A stretch of 64,000 nt of DNA from Octopus vulgaris (GCA_951406725.2 OX597823.1:38130001-38194000); one strand, 5' to 3'; numbered from the stretch's first letter, positions 36,676 through 51,151 are shown. Notes: generated by a model from the sequence alone, not told the origin. Translations and numbers: made by a program.

Positions 36676-37229
36676 GTATGTATCTATGTATCTATGTATC
36701 TATGTATGTATCTATGTTTGTATACATGCTTGCATGAATGCATTTATTTATGTACGTAAATGTTTATCTTTCTGCAAGTATAAATTTCTAATAAGCTACA
36801 TAAAATTCCCATGTATTTCTAACAATGGCCCTATCAAAACATATTTTGTTGTGACACTTGAGTTGTTTCAAATAAAACTGAAATGATAACACAGAATGCA
36901 ATAAATTTACTGAACTGTTAAAGCAGCAGACAAAATGCTTCGTTCAATTTATTCTGACTTTACATCCTGTGTCCAGGTATGTGTGGTGTACTTGTCTGTA
37001 TCTAGCAGACAAAATGATGTCTTGTAAAAAATATATCTGAGGGAAGGGATATATTATCACAAAGCACTTGAGAAGGAGTTTACCAGTGATCATTAGTCAG
37101 CCTGATAGTGCTTAAAGGAAACTAATTATAAAAAAAACAGTTTAGCACTTTATAAATACTGATTTCCTCATTAACTCTACTGGATGTTTGAGCTAAATTT
37201 GATGATCTTTTATGTCCCTTTTTTTTTCA

Positions 37230-38020
37230 GGAACAGAGCATAATGATTAAAGTTGTAGTTGAGAAAAAGTTAGCTGACATGGAGAAATGGAAACCATCTG
37301 AATATTGAAAAAGAGCTACTTGTAGCATGAGGATTCACATTGAACATCGAAATGCTGCTCAATGCTCTGTAAACACTGTAAAGACTGCAATCATGATATG
37401 GACAACTGCAATGGGGACTACGAAGCTGTGGCCAGCAGGAAGAGACACAACAAGTGTTCTGACTGCATCTGCATGCCAGAATTCATTTCCACATCTTTGA
37501 ACAGGGCCTTAGGCTCTATTCAGATGATTATGTGAAGCTGCTGAACACTGTGATCAAACACTGGCTGGAGAGGGTTGCTGCTGGAAAGCCTTATGTGAGG
37601 TAGCAGGATTTGGCTCTTTACCATACCTTCAGAAAGAGTTAGAAGTAGATATCACAGAATTTCTACGACCTCACCAGCCCTAATTTATGGTCTCCTAATT
37701 CCCATGGATTACTATGTGTGGTGCATGGTTGAGAAAGATACCAGCCACTCTGCCTGCTACACCAAGGCTAAGCTAGTGGCCAAGATCAAGGGACTGTTCA
37801 AAGATTTTTCCAAGGATACAATGAGAATGCATGTGTCAGGTTCTAGAGCCATTTTCAGGCTGTAGTGGAAGCTGAAGGCATCTAATTTGAGTTAGTAAAA
37901 TGTTATCTTCCAGCCATTATCTAGTTGATACTTAAAAATTTTTTTAAATATCATTTTTGAGTGTGATATTGTGCTTTGCTTTCCTTTTATATAAACTATC
38001 AAATTTGGCTCAAACACTGT
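37230..38020 (+). mobile_element. Tc1/mariner-superfamily (maT/DD37D-like) transposase remnant
   Basis: Broken frames read WLERVAAGKPYV.QDLALYHT...NFYDLTSPNLWSPNS and MDYYVW. Confidence 0.7.
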
Positions 38021-38100
38021 AATATCTAATTAGTGTAGATAATCTTATTGCAGGGTTCTAATTACTCAACTTGATATTGGATTTTACTGAGGGTAATTAT

Positions 38101-39428
38101 ACAAAGGAATGTTTCTAATTTGGTGTGCTGGTCTTTCTTCAAATAGCACTGGTTTTCAGCTGATACAGTAACTATAACCAATTTACGATATTAATTCTGT
38201 CACTAAATAATGGTTTCTAATAATTAATTAATAAGATAACAAATTAATTAATTAATTCATTTATTTCTTTATAAGGTGGTAAAGTGGTAGAGTTAGAAAG
38301 AATGCCTTGTATTATTTGTTCTGAACCTCTGTGCTCTGAGATCAAATCCTGCTGAGGTCTACTTTCAAAGTGAATGTATGAATACCAACCCAGGGCCATA
38401 ATTAGCAGAATTGTTAGAGAGTCAAGCATAATATTTGGTCCTATCTGTTCTGGTTCTTTGTGTTCTGACAGCAACACTTGTGGTAGTCTGGTACCAAACA
38501 CTGCATCAGCCCAAGTCAGCAGCCTTTCATCTATGGAGAGAATTTTTTTTTATTGTGAGCGAGTGTTTGTCTTTTACAACAAATTTTGTCCATATACGAA
38601 GTGGATCAAAAGTCACACACAATAAGTCCAATACATTCTAGAATTGTCAAAGACATGCTTCAATTTTTCTAATACTAAATAGAATAATAATGAATACACA
38701 CATACATCTCCATGATGGACAAAATGAATAACAACGATAATAATCTACTAGAATAATACTCTTGTGTTTTTCACTGTCACAGCATATGAATGAGAAAGGA
38801 AGGGGTGGTAGATGAATAAGGAAGGAAAGATTGATGACAAACTGGTAGTGGGATGATGGAAATTCTACAGTGAAAAAAAAATCAAACAGTGCAAAAGGGG
38901 ATGTATGTGAATGTTTGTGTGTGTGCGCAATGGAAGTGGGATGGGGAACATTCAATGCTGAAAAGAAAAATCAAACAGCATTTCAACTCTGTGTATTTGG
39001 TATTTACTTGCCAGCTCCCGTATTTAGTCATGGTCAAGAAGGAAGGAACACTTAAAAATTCTTTTGAAGGAAACCAGCAGTTGAGGGATGTTAGCTGTGG
39101 ATAGATTTTTCACAAAAAATTTGGTAATAAAAGAATTATTAAACTAAAAACTTGGTTTTGTACCTTATTTATATATATAAAAAACCCCACAATTAGCCAT
39201 CGTTTTTGACAGCATGGGGCCAGCTAGTATAATATAAATAAAATGGCAAATGTTTTGGTGCATGACTTTTGGTCCACTCTTTTATGTGCAGACTCATGTG
39301 TTTCTTCATTTGTGAACAATATTGTCATTGAGTCCAATCACAGTATTTCTGATGGTGAAAGTGACAAAGGAATGTTTCTAACTTGGTGTGCTGGTCTTTC
39401 TTCAAATAGCACTGGTTTTCTGCTGATA
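38101..39428 (+). repeat. 65-bp direct repeat pair (38101-38165 and 39364-39428)
   Basis: acaaaggaatgtttctaa(t/c)ttggtgtgctggtctttcttcaaatagcactggttttc(a/t)gctgata, with 2 mismatches. Confidence 0.85.
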
Positions 39429-40849
39429 TTTCCACTGGTTCCCTAGAAGTAGTCAATACCTTTGGTTACTTAGGTGACAATGGACTCACAAAGTGATGTT
39501 GCGTGATCACAAGCAAACTAACAGGAAAGTTCAAATATGTTTGGGGCATATTTGAATCGGTAAGAAAGCCATTCATTGTGTTTTGCCATGGATAAAATTT
39601 CTCACCGTAAACAAATGGTGTAGTGAGATACAGCTACAGCATAAAATTTTCTCAAAACACAGTGAATGGCTTTCTTACAGATTTATGCACATCACCACTT
39701 AGTGCTGCCACCCTGGTAGAGATCATATGTAGAAAGCACACCAGGGAAATAAGCACAAAACCCTATTATTGAAATGTGAAGTGGGACAAAATATGTTGGC
39801 AATTAAAAAAATCAAAAAAATCCCAGAAACATTAATAATTAACATTTTCAAAAAAAAAAAAGAAAAGAAATAGTTAATTTATGAATTATTAAATTTTTGT
39901 AGTTAGCAGTAAGAGCACTTTATGAAATGAAGTCTTTCAACTACTGACAATAATTGCTGTAAGAACCTAGGTAATTAATGTAAGGCAATTACATTACCTA
40001 GGTAACACAATCAGCAGTGAAGGTGAATATAAGAATGACATTACAATATGGAAGACATTTCTAAGTGTTGTTGTATTGTAGCAGACTTTAAAATGGCATT
40101 ATCAATTTGTAACTCACTATTTTATAAGAGAACAAAGTTATTTACACAATTATAAATGGCTTTTGAATTAGGTACAAATCAACAGCTTTGAAGGGAGTTA
40201 GTTGATACCATCGACCCTAGTAATTGACTGGTATTTTATTTTATCAATCCTAAAAGGATGAAAGACAAAGTTGACCTTGGTGAGATTTGAACACAATATA
40301 AAGAGCTGGAAAAAAATACCACCAGGCATTTTATCTGACACCCAGAAAAATATCATACCACGTCTTTAAAAAAATAAATAAGAAAGCCAATATTATAGGC
40401 ATCATTAACTGTGAGGATTCGTATAAGATTCATTGTGTCATGACAGTCAGAAATTCTTTTCATTCACATTGTTCAGACAGATTCTTCAGACAATATTGAT
40501 ACTCCTTTGTGGGATATTTGACTCATTTTCTTGGAGGCTTACCACAAGAACCCATAATCAGGACTATTGATACCAGAGTCTGACACTTTCTAATAATTCT
40601 ATTGACCATCCACCTACTTTGGTGGTTAGTTTACTCAAACTCACAGAATGTGGATCTCATGTAGACTGTTGGTGAGAATATCATCATCAGTGGTGGTCTG
40701 ATGAACAGTCCATAACTGTGGTGGAAATGGAAGATGAAGCCTTCTCAACCATATCAAGAAGAGCTGCCGTATGGATATGATGATGTGTTGAGCAGATAGG
40801 AGTTACTGAAATATTCCATTAAAGCCCTTCAGTCCTTCAACATTAGGCA

Positions 40850-41550
40850 TATTCCCCATTAGATAACCCATCCGTTACCTTATCTTGGAATAGAAAAAGC
40901 TTGCTATCTAACATACTGCAAAATGTTTCATTTGATAATCAGTCATGTATGCAGTGGTGGTCAGTCTTAACCTTTGAACTGTTCTTCATGTTCTTTTGTA
41001 CAGATGGTAGAAACAGCGTTATATGGTCCCAGAAATGTACAAATAGCATTTGGTCATTGCGCCTTTAAAATTGGTCATCACAGTGATGGAATCTGGACTG
41101 AATCCCAGATAATCATAGTAATTCAGTATTTTCTTGAAGAATCCTTCCTTCTAATTTTGAAGAGAGAGAATAGCAGATACACATGTTGCAAAAGATAATA
41201 CAAAGAAAACTTGAATGATGTGTAATTGCTGGAACAGTCTCAGAGATGTTGCAAAAGAGCCATTCCTAAACCAGATAATATTGCGAGATAACTATTCATG
41301 TGCCTGGTTAGTTGTGAATATATAATTCTCTCTGATACCTCAAGTCTATTGTTATAAATAAGGAAATCCTGGTATTCTGGAATTCCCATAGTTTTCCATT
41401 CATCACTAATATACTGTAATTCTAATGAGGGAGTTGGGTCTTTTGGCAATCATCCTTTCTGTAGATTTCAAACATTACTTTTCCAAGAGCCAATTGAAAC
41501 AAGAGCATAACAAACTTCAAGTGGTTGTTAGCATATGATATCAATATGTA
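40850..41550 (-). mobile_element. Possible very decayed Polinton/Maverick-like protein-primed DNA polymerase fragment
   Basis: QYISDEWKTMGIPEYQDFLIYNNRLEV followed by IWFRNG..TVPAIT. These recall the pPolB segments W...M.TF.DFL.WYNN.DV and D.FK.GISVPG. Recognised from memory only. Confidence 0.35.
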
Positions 41551-41885
41551 CAGATGTGACTGTTAGTCAAAACTGCTGTCTTTATGATATTTCTTATATT
41601 GCCTGTTATGATCTGAACTAAGATTATCTTCAGTCATAGAAAGTTGGTGTTTTACATCCAAATCTATAGGAACACAACCTTTACAAGAAATTACATTCCT
41701 TTGAGTATTGAGAGATTTCTTGAACACTTCTTTGTATGTTAGTGCCTTTTTGTATGGTTTATGTCCTCCTTTACTGGTCTTAATGATCCCCATGGCAGTT
41801 GAAGAATTTATGAGTTGCTCAGAGAGTATAAAAAATTTTAAGACATGCACACAAGCACAACGACACACAGACACACAGACACACA

Positions 41886-41948
<63 letters not shown>

Positions 41949-43169
41949 TTGAGTGGTTAAGAAGTTTGCTTCCTGACCAGATGGGTTTGGATTTAACCCA
42001 GCAGCATGGCACTGGGCAAGTGTCTTCTACTGTAATTCTGGACAGACAAAAGCCTTGTGAATGGATTTTGTAGATGGAGAATGAAAAAAGCCCATTGTAT
42101 AATGATTTTTCTTGTCGCCATGAAAGCAAAGTGGAGCTTATGTTGACATGATTGGTAGCTCTATGCTTTTGAAGACCTGTGGAGTATAAAATTCCTTTCT
42201 TGAAAAACAGGTGAAGGTTTGTGACAGGAAGAGCTTCCTGCTGTAAAATCCTGCTTCACATAAGTCTCTGTCAAGTTCATGGGAGCATGGAAAAACAGAC
42301 ATTAAAATGCCACAAAGCTCATTGTATCAATTACTGTATTTGTTAGTGTTTAAGATGCACTAGTATTTTACAAATACATTTTGTGGAAAAAAACACATTT
42401 AGTATTTTTTCTCATGCACTTATAGAAAGATAAACTTTACGTGGTTTTGTAGGGAAAAATATGTATGAATATGTGTATGCAACTACAATATTGTGGCAGT
42501 ATACTGGAATAATGTATGAGGCTATAAATTTATAAATAAACTATATTATGGAAGTCCTGTATTTTATCATTATCTTCTTTCAGATCTACTGTCTAGTTGT
42601 TTATAATTTGGGCAAGAGAATTGCCATACAAGATGTAAAACTTGTATTTCTGGTTGTGATATTTTATACAATCATAACAAATCATCAGGGTGGTGCACAT
42701 TGTTGTCATCATTCACACATCTTAGGTAGCTGACAGGCAGGTGAAAGTTGAACATTCTTTTTATCTTTCTGGGAAAACTTTTCATTTAGATAATGGTAAC
42801 AAAGTTATTAAATAATATGAGACATATCAAGTATTGGTTATTTCTGCTGCAGGAGATATAATGAGATGATGTGACCTCCATGTAAAACTGTTGACATACT
42901 TGTAAGCAATTTTTCCCAAGTTTATGCCAACAAACTGTGGAATTTGATTTATTTTCAATATTTTATTATTAACCCATAAAGTGCCGGGATTTGTTCTTAT
43001 ATAGCATGGACTGCTGAGCACATTTTATGAAAATGAGTCTACCATGCACACATAAAAAACAAAAAATCCTGGCAATCTTGAGTTAATAAAATCTTGGAAG
43101 GCCTGTTTGAAAGCATTGTTGGAATTAAATTTTTTTCCTTTCAATAAGTTATCCAAATTCTGGAAGAAG

Positions 43170-43572
43170 TCAGTTGCTCCTCAATTACATGGTTCCAGGT
43201 TCAGTCTGCATGGCACCCAGGGCAAGTGTCTTCTACTATAGCCTCAGGCTGACCAAAGCTTTGTGAGTGGATTTGGTAGTTAGAAACTGAAAGAAGCCCC
43301 CATCCCTAACCCTAACCTATTGTGTTTGCTGTGTGTGTGTGTGTGTGTGTGTTTGTGTTTGTGTTTGTGTTTCTCCCCCACTACCACTTGACAGCTTGTG
43401 TTGGTGTGTTTACTTCCCTGTAGCTTAGCAGTTCAGCAAAAGAGACCGATAGAATAAGAACCAGGCTTAACAGAAATAGGTACTGGGGTCAATTCATTCG
43501 ACTTCAAAGTAGTTCTCTAGCATGGCTGCAGTCTAATGACTGGAGCAAGTAAAAGATAAAAGATAAAAAAAG
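43170..43572 (+). mobile_element. tRNA-derived SINE (family B)
   Basis: catggttccaggttcagtc...gggcaagtgtcttctactatagcc...gcagtctaatgactggagcaagtaaaagataaaag. Confidence 0.8.
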
Positions 43573-44059
43573 ATATTTCCACTAATGAATAAATATTACT
43601 TCCATTCTCTCCCCTGAAGAAACAATTCCCAGTAATCCCACCACATGTTTATAAAATGCTGGATGGATTTCAAATGCTATAAAACAGAAACAGATGGCAG
43701 AGTGTGATTGCAAGACGAGATAAAAAGACACTGGTTCTAAATCATCCCAACGGATAACACAACAAGAAAATGCAGTCAGATATTTTTTATTTGCACCCAG
43801 GAAGAACATACAAAGGGCTTGTGCAAGTGTCCAAAGGGAAAAAATTAAATGTATCTATACAAAGAACTATTACACAAGGCAAATATATACTAGGGCTATT
43901 TAAAAATGAACAAACAAAAAAAGAAACATGCAAGATATTTCTAAAACATCCCTCTATCTCTATCTCTCTTGCCTTCTTTTCTCCACTGTCAGAAGAAGAA
44001 GAAAAATGAAATAGATCATTTTTAATTTTTAAATGAATTTAGATCAACTAATTTAAAAA

Positions 44060-44140
44060 TCTTGAGTTATATTATCCTGAAGAGTCTAGAAAGAGGATGA
44101 AATAGTGCTATCAGTGGCTATCAGAGACTTTATTTCAAGA
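44060..44140 (+). ncRNA. Type I hammerhead-ribozyme-like motif, partly decayed
   Basis: CTGAAGA 44077-44083, stem II gtct/ggat, GAAA 44099-44102, stem III tagt/gcta, ATC triplet and distal stem I tcttgag/ttcaaga. Proximal stem I is mismatched. Confidence 0.4.
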
Positions 44141-46351
44141 ATAAATAAAAGAATTATATGGAAATATATGTATGCTCTTTTCATTGTTTGACTATGATTT
44201 CTCAATATAAGAAAAATAAACTTCTCTCTCCTTAAGTATCAATTCCCTGTAATTCCACCATATTATAACTTCCATTATTTTACATAAAATATATTTTATT
44301 GAAAAGCTTTAACTAAGGGGTCTCTGAATTGTTTCAATGATAGAGGGCTTCTCCTTTGTTGTTTTCCCCCAACAACTATAATCTGCTAAATCAAACTACA
44401 ATTGGTACAACATATCACATTGCTATTAATCCCTGTTTCCTTTTTTTGATAAAGTGACAGCGATTTGTAAGTAATCAAACATTTGTTATAGACAGATATT
44501 CAACAGCAGTCACATGAGATAAGCTAAGTGACCAAGTAGGGAAGTAGTCTAAATGGTTATTGTTGTTGTTTAGTTCCAAGTCAGCCCTAATTCTGCAGAA
44601 CTATGATTAATGATATTCCAGTTGTGGCCATCCAAACCTTTTTTTTCCAGATAGAGTATATCTAGGGTGCCATTATTCAATGTTTTACTCTTTTCTTAAA
44701 TATGTAGGGTGTAATATAAGAGAGGATATGGCTGCTGTTTCTTTCAGGTCAAGCAGCCATGTAAAGACTTTCAGTGGTTCATGCCAAAGTGTCATGTTTT
44801 AAAAGCCAACATGAAAATATTGGCACCAGTCAAACTGACTAAATTTATCCAAACACTTTAGTTTCTATTTAGCTATTATTTAAAAGCTGTCAGTTGACAT
44901 TTCTATTAAGTTGACATTTAAAACTACATCTATCTTGATAACAGATCTATAAATTGTGTCTATGTCATTAATATCAGAAAGCCATTTCGATCCGAATTTT
45001 ATGATTGCATCTACTTAGTCAAAATCATATCTGTCTAGTTACTTCCATCTTCTGGTTGTAGTTCTTCATGGCTTGTTTGGTAAAGCATCAAGACTTTACA
45101 GAGTATCCTGTGAGGGTTGCAGCTCAAGTCCTTCAGTGGATGCAGTAATATTTTTCACAGTGAATCAGTAAATGGTTAATTAGAACCTGTAATTAATGAT
45201 GCTATTATTCACAATTACTTATCAATCTAAAATAAAATATGGCAATGTTTAAAGGTTGAATTGCTCTAGGTGTTACCCCACTTTCTAACCAGCTTTGACT
45301 TATATAAACAAATGGATATACCTTCTTACATGATTTAATCAACATTTCTAATGTTTGTGTTTACCGTAGTAACCTTTAAGAGTTGTTACTATCTAACATT
45401 ACTATTATTTAATGTGTACCTGTGTGGGTTTTCACCCTTGCAACCAGAACTGAATGGTACATCTGGAAGTAGTCAAGGTGGCCTCACGACTGCAATAATA
45501 GTTTCTGATTTTGAATAAGGTTAATACTTTTGAGAGAAGGGAGCTAGTTATTTCCATGGGTTCAGCACTTAACTGGTACTTTATTTTATTAATACTGGAA
45601 GGATAAAGAGCAAAGTTAACTTTGGTGGTGTTATAATCCTTTTAATGTTGGATTATCATAATACCCACTTCAGTATACAGTACACTTAGTAAAACCAGTA
45701 AAGACATGACAATATCTGACTCCCTACTATGTACTCTTGTACTTCGCATACTTCTCTTTATTTAGAGTGATTGGATTGTTCCATTTTCCCGTGGGATGGG
45801 TGTACCATTATTACTAGTTCCCTACAACAGGTGGGATTTGAACTCAGAATGTACAGACCCAGAACAAATATTGTGAAGCATTTTTTCCTATGCTTTAATG
45901 ATTCTGCCTTCTTGTGGCCATAGTGATAACACATAAAATGATATGATATTCTTAGTTGTAACTAAATAAGCTAAATAAAGCTTGGAAAGCAATCACCAAG
46001 TTTTTCATCATCATTTCACATTAGTTAAGATAGTATCTGTTTTTTTTTTATAACTTTGAAAAGCTCCGATCTATATAAAATAACAATTATATATTTGTAC
46101 ATTAGGGTTCAAATAACTAACTAAAATCTCGTCTGAAATTAAATGGAAGAGTCATTGCTCAGTCATATTGCTTAGAAATTTTCTGCGAATTGTGATATCA
46201 TGAATTAGATTTCTTTTTCTAGTCTGACAAAGAACAATCTCAGATTGACAACTCCCTAGTTTGGATGTGTAGCAAGAACATCAACTCACTGCCTAGGACC
46301 TGAACCTGAAAACACAGTCAGATGTGAAAGTATTTGCAAACACCAAAACAT

Positions 46352-46572
46352 TCTTTTCTACTCTAGGCACAAGGTCCAACATTTTTTGGGGAGGGGGCCA
46401 GTCAATTAGATCGATCCCAGTATGCAACTGGTACTTAATTTATCGCTTCCCCCTCCTAAATGATGAAAGGCAAAGTCGACCTCGGCGGGATTTGAACTCA
46501 GAACATAAAGACAGACGAAATACCGCTAAGCATTTCACCCAGTGTGTTAACGTTTCTGTCAGCTCAGCACCT
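46352..46572 (-). mobile_element. tRNA-derived SINE (family A)
   Basis: The plus strand reads gatgaaaggcaaagtcgacctcggcgggatttgaactcag, as in the copy at 8567. Confidence 0.8.
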
Positions 46573-47175
46573 TCAAACACCAGAACATTGAAAAAAGGAT
46601 GATACAAACATTTTTAGATTTTAGGGATTTTTATAAATTTCTTCCAACCGCTTCAAGTTTTTAAAATTTTCATCTGATTATTTAAGACAAAATGTAGTTC
46701 TGATATAGTTCTGCAGGCTGATGATGGGAATTGCACTCATTTTTTTTTATGAATAATAAAAATGTTACAAGTATCTAAGATTATGTACTTTTAGCCTTTA
46801 ATGGGTGGTATAAAGTCTCTCTTGGTTTTATACTACTGATAACAGTTGTACCATTATACACTATATGCTGCATGTTTACTTGTGGAAATAATATAAGAAA
46901 CAAACTTTAAAAATAACAGCGAGACTCTATTCCTCTGCAAAGCAGTACAGTGAATCAAGAAAGAAACATCATGAATTCTGGTGGTTGTAGTTCACCCATC
47001 ATTTGGACAATTCAGCTCAGGTTGTCATTAGTTTCATGTGCCCTATTATATTAATTTTGCTCTAGTGAATAACGACAGGAAAACAACATGACTTGCCATC
47101 ATGAAAATCGCTCACCCCTCTGATCATATTTGGTTCACTCTACTATTTAACGGAGGAATAAAGTCTCACTCTCTC

Positions 47176-47554
47176 TTTTACTTGTCTCAGTCATTTGACT
47201 GCGGCCATGCTGGAGTACTGCCTTTAGTCGAGCAAATCGACCCTGGGACTTATTCTTTGTAAGCCCAGTACTTATTCTATCGGTATCTTTTGCCGAACCG
47301 CTAAGTGACGGGGACATAAACACACCAGGGGGACAAACACAGACACACAAACCCACACACAAACACATATATATATATATATACATATATACGACAGGCT
47401 TCTTTCAGTTTCCGTCTCCCAAATCCACTCACAAGGCATTGGTCGGCCCGGGGCTATAGCAGAAGACACTTGCCCAAGGTGCCACGCAGTGGGACTGAAC
47501 CCGGAACCATGTGGTTGGTTAGCAAGCTACTTACCACACAGCCACCCCTGCGCC
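47176..47554 (-). mobile_element. tRNA-derived SINE (family B), young and full length
   Basis: The minus strand reads ggcgcaggggtggctgtgtggtaag...ggttccgggttcagtcccactgcgtggcaccttgggcaagtg...gcagtcaaatgactgagacaagtaaaa. CpGs are retained. Confidence 0.9.
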
Positions 47555-49531
47555 TACTGTTATTTTTAAAGTTAGTTTCTTGTATTATTTCCATGATTGA
47601 ATATGCAAGATATATTGTATAATGGTATACAAGATTCTGTAATAAACCAAGGGAGACTTTAGACCAACCTCTTAAAAGCAGCTTACTTAGGTCAGGTGGG
47701 GCACAATGAGTAAGATTTACTACATTTTTGACTTTGAGGAGAAATACATTTTTTACAAATGTTCCCAACCTTACAAGAACTATATCAGCGAAGCAAATGA
47801 TCTTCCCCAAATGTATTTAAAACACTGTAACATATTTAGAACATTATTTCAGAAAATTATCTCCGTTCTCTTTGAGAATATAAGAGACAACTTTAGCTGG
47901 GGTAAAATGATTAAGCCAAGATAGTTAAATTTGCTTCTTCATTTCTCCAGAATTACATTCTGGAAAATACTCATGCACATCAATATTTATCCTTAGACTT
48001 CAAAAAGATCAGAGATGCAGCAACATTTTAAAATATCTAGGTGAAATAAAAGCGGATCATGGAAAAATGGCACATGATATAAAATTCACCAAACTTGGCT
48101 ACATGTAAAATGTTAACATGTAGATTCTTCATGATTTGCTGCAGAGGCTCTCTTCCTGATATATTTATGCACCATGCAGTTAAAATGAAGAAATTGAAAT
48201 TAGCTGTTACTTGTTTTGCCCCAGTTTAGACATCATGTTTTGAAAATTGAAAATTATCAAGGTAGACATTAGTGCAGGGAAAAAATTTACTTAGAATCCA
48301 ATAGAGAAAAGAATATTGATTGTTAAACACCAAAATCTATCCAGATATTTTATTAGCAATCTTAGTTGCAATCAAGTTGAAGTCAAGGGAAAATTTCTTG
48401 AAAAAAAAAAAGCATCTGTCACCTGACTATATTTCAAACACTCTTAACTTCACCAGCAACAACAACTATGCTGACCAATTTTTACTCCCAAAGATGATGC
48501 AATACTTGCAATGTAATAGCTTGAAACAGGTAGGGAGAAAATATCATGAAATTGGAAATTACTCATTTTACTCCAGTTACTAACTTTGCTCCACACTCCA
48601 TTTACACAAGTTCACCAGTACTTTGTTGATCTGTTCCCAAATACATTCATTATTTCTAACTTTTCAGACAGGGACGTGTTTAACAACTAGCCAAACTTGA
48701 TACAGTTAAAAGTCTTGCTAGTTGCTGATTTTCCTCACAATTGCTGTCCTCTACCATTTATAAAACATTGAGTGATCAATAACTATGATATTGATCCTCA
48801 TTACATTTGTTTTGCCTACTTAATGTATAAAACAACAATGTACCCTGACCTCACCCACCACACTTATAAAACAAATTCAACTGAAGGATTCATTGGACTG
48901 GGTACCTTTTGTGCTATTGCAGTGACTACTCAGTTATGCTAACACATAATTCCATTTTCCACCATCTAAAGTGTTTACTGAAACTATTCCTTGATGCTAT
49001 ATGGTAACAATTATACTCTGCTCTTCATAAATGGAATAGAGTCAAAATGAAAATATAAGCGTATAAATAATATAAAATAACCAAAAAAATACTAAAAAGG
49101 AAAGATATAATAGAAATAAAAATACATTGTTGCTGTTGTTATTGTTGTGTACTTGTAAAGGTCAGCTGTTGTACAACATGGCAGAGCTGTTAATGACATT
49201 TTGATAAGACAATGATAGGAAAAGGTGGTCGTCAGTCACTTGTGAACAGTAGATATTAAATTAATAAAAACAAAAGGAAACATGGGAGATAAAGATACAA
49301 AAGTTGTTGATATATAAACCAGAAAGCTACAAAATAATGCCTTATCTATCTATAAGTATTGATAGTACAATGATTGGCAGTAAAAGAAAATGGGAAAACT
49401 GTGCAGAGTTCTATGCAAAGTTGTCATCATTTTTGAGAAATTTTCATCAAGGATGAAATCAAATCAGTCTGAGGATAAAAAAGGTGTTAGTTACAGAAGA
49501 AATGAATTAAGTTTTTCTGTCTTCAGTGACA

Positions 49532-49924
49532 TCTTTAAATATGAAAGAGAGGTAGTGTGCTGTCTGTCTACTACGATTTAGATTCCTTACTACTCCCACA
49601 TTTTGCAGTGCAGTTTAACCAAAACCGAGTATCTTATAGTCGTGATTCATATCAAGCCCTTCTGGGTATTAGCGCACGTCTACGATGAGTCTACGATTTA
49701 AAAAAATATTTACCATCAATTTTTCCCATTTTTAATGCATTTTTGGCATATATAAGGGAAGTAACTCTCTAAAAATTTATTAAATCTCAGAATGTAAAAA
49801 GCTACAGTAACACCCCCCCTTTGTGGTTAGCCATATTGAGATGGCTATTATACTTTACATCTCTAAAAATGCTTATATAGTTATTTCCCTTACAAACCCG
49901 AGCAACGCCGGGTGATACTGCTAG
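49532..49924 (+). mobile_element. Non-autonomous Helitron
   Basis: A|TC start at 49532, subterminal hairpin acccgagcaacgccgggt, and end CTAG|T at 49921-49925. The 5' boundary is inferred. Confidence 0.7.
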
Positions 49925-50144
49925 TGTTATATAGATTGATATCATTAGAAAACCTTATCAGTGGCAGCCGGTGATACAGAGTACTGATGTTTTATTTAAT
50001 ACTGTGTCATTCTAAATATCCAGCAGGAATGTTAGATTAAAAAGAAATTATTACACTGGGATTGATGTCATCAACTAGTCCCCTCCCTCAAAATTTCAGG
50101 CTTTGTACCTTTAGTAGAGGATTATTATTGTTATTATCAGCATT

Positions 50145-50345
50145 AAGGCAGCAAGCTGGCAGAATCATTAGCATGCCAGGCAAAATGATTAGCGACATTT
50201 CGTCTGTCCTTACATTCTGAATTCAAATCCTGCCGAGGTTGACTTTGGCTGTCATCCTTTTGGGGTCAATGAAAAAAGTACTAGTTACGCACTAGTTGAT
50301 GATATTCTCCCATGAAATCTCAGGCCTTATGCCTATAGTAGAAAG
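50145..50345 (+). mobile_element. tRNA-derived SINE (family A), with a second head at 50494-50580 beyond an (ATT)n tract
   Basis: ggcagcaagctggcagaatc(a/g)ttagcatgccagg occurs twice. (ATT)n spans 50347-50490. Confidence 0.75.
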
Positions 50346-50359
50346 GATTATTATTATTA

Positions 50360-50430
<71 letters not shown>

Positions 50431-50939
50431 GTTATTATTATTATTATTATTAGTAGTAGTAGTAGTACTATTATCATTATTATTATTAATATTAAGGCAG
50501 CAAGCTGGCAGAATCGTTAGCATGCCAGGTGAAATGTTTAACAACACCTTGTCCATCTATATGTTCTGGGTTCAAATTCTACTAAGTATATATATATATA
50601 CATATGTACGTGTATGCGCGCGCGCGCGCGTGTGTGTATGTGTGTGTGTGAGTGTGTGTGTGTGTGTGTGTGTCTGTCTGTGTATCTATGTGTGCATCAC
50701 TAAAACTTGAGAACTACCAAACCGATTTCATTCAAATTTTACACATGTATTACTTAGGGCCTATGCAGTGTCATGGGCCAAAAAATTCTCAACTTCTTGC
50801 CTATTGTGAGCCCGGAGCAATCTCTTACACTATTTCAGTATTATGTATCAAAAGTGAAACAATAACATCTCTATTGTAATGTGAGATAATACTTTCAGTT
50901 TAATACTTTCACTATTAATACTGAAACTATCATCTCACA

Positions 50940-50952
50940 TATATACATGCAT

Positions 50953-50987
<35 letters not shown>

Positions 50988-51090
50988 CATATATATATAT
51001 TTTACATCTGCACATATATATGAATGTATATATATATATATATATGTGTATATGTATAGATGTATATGTATATATTTATATGTATATTAT

Positions 51091-51151
<61 letters not shown>

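Noticed and set aside
40690-40760. CTGATGA-acagt/actgt-GAAA hammerhead look-alike
   Set aside because: There are four extra nucleotides before GAAA and no stem I pairing, so it is probably a chance match.
43582-44009. Host exon suggested by strong acceptors and short ORFs
   Set aside because: There is no recognisable protein and no consistent acceptor-frame-donor combination that I can support.
46715-46800. CTGATGA with a possible long stem
   Set aside because: There is no recognisable GAAA or cleavage triplet, so it is too decayed to call.
47570-48540. Possible hAT/Charlie-type transposase relic
   Set aside because: There are only faint motif echoes (VRW), which is not enough to annotate.
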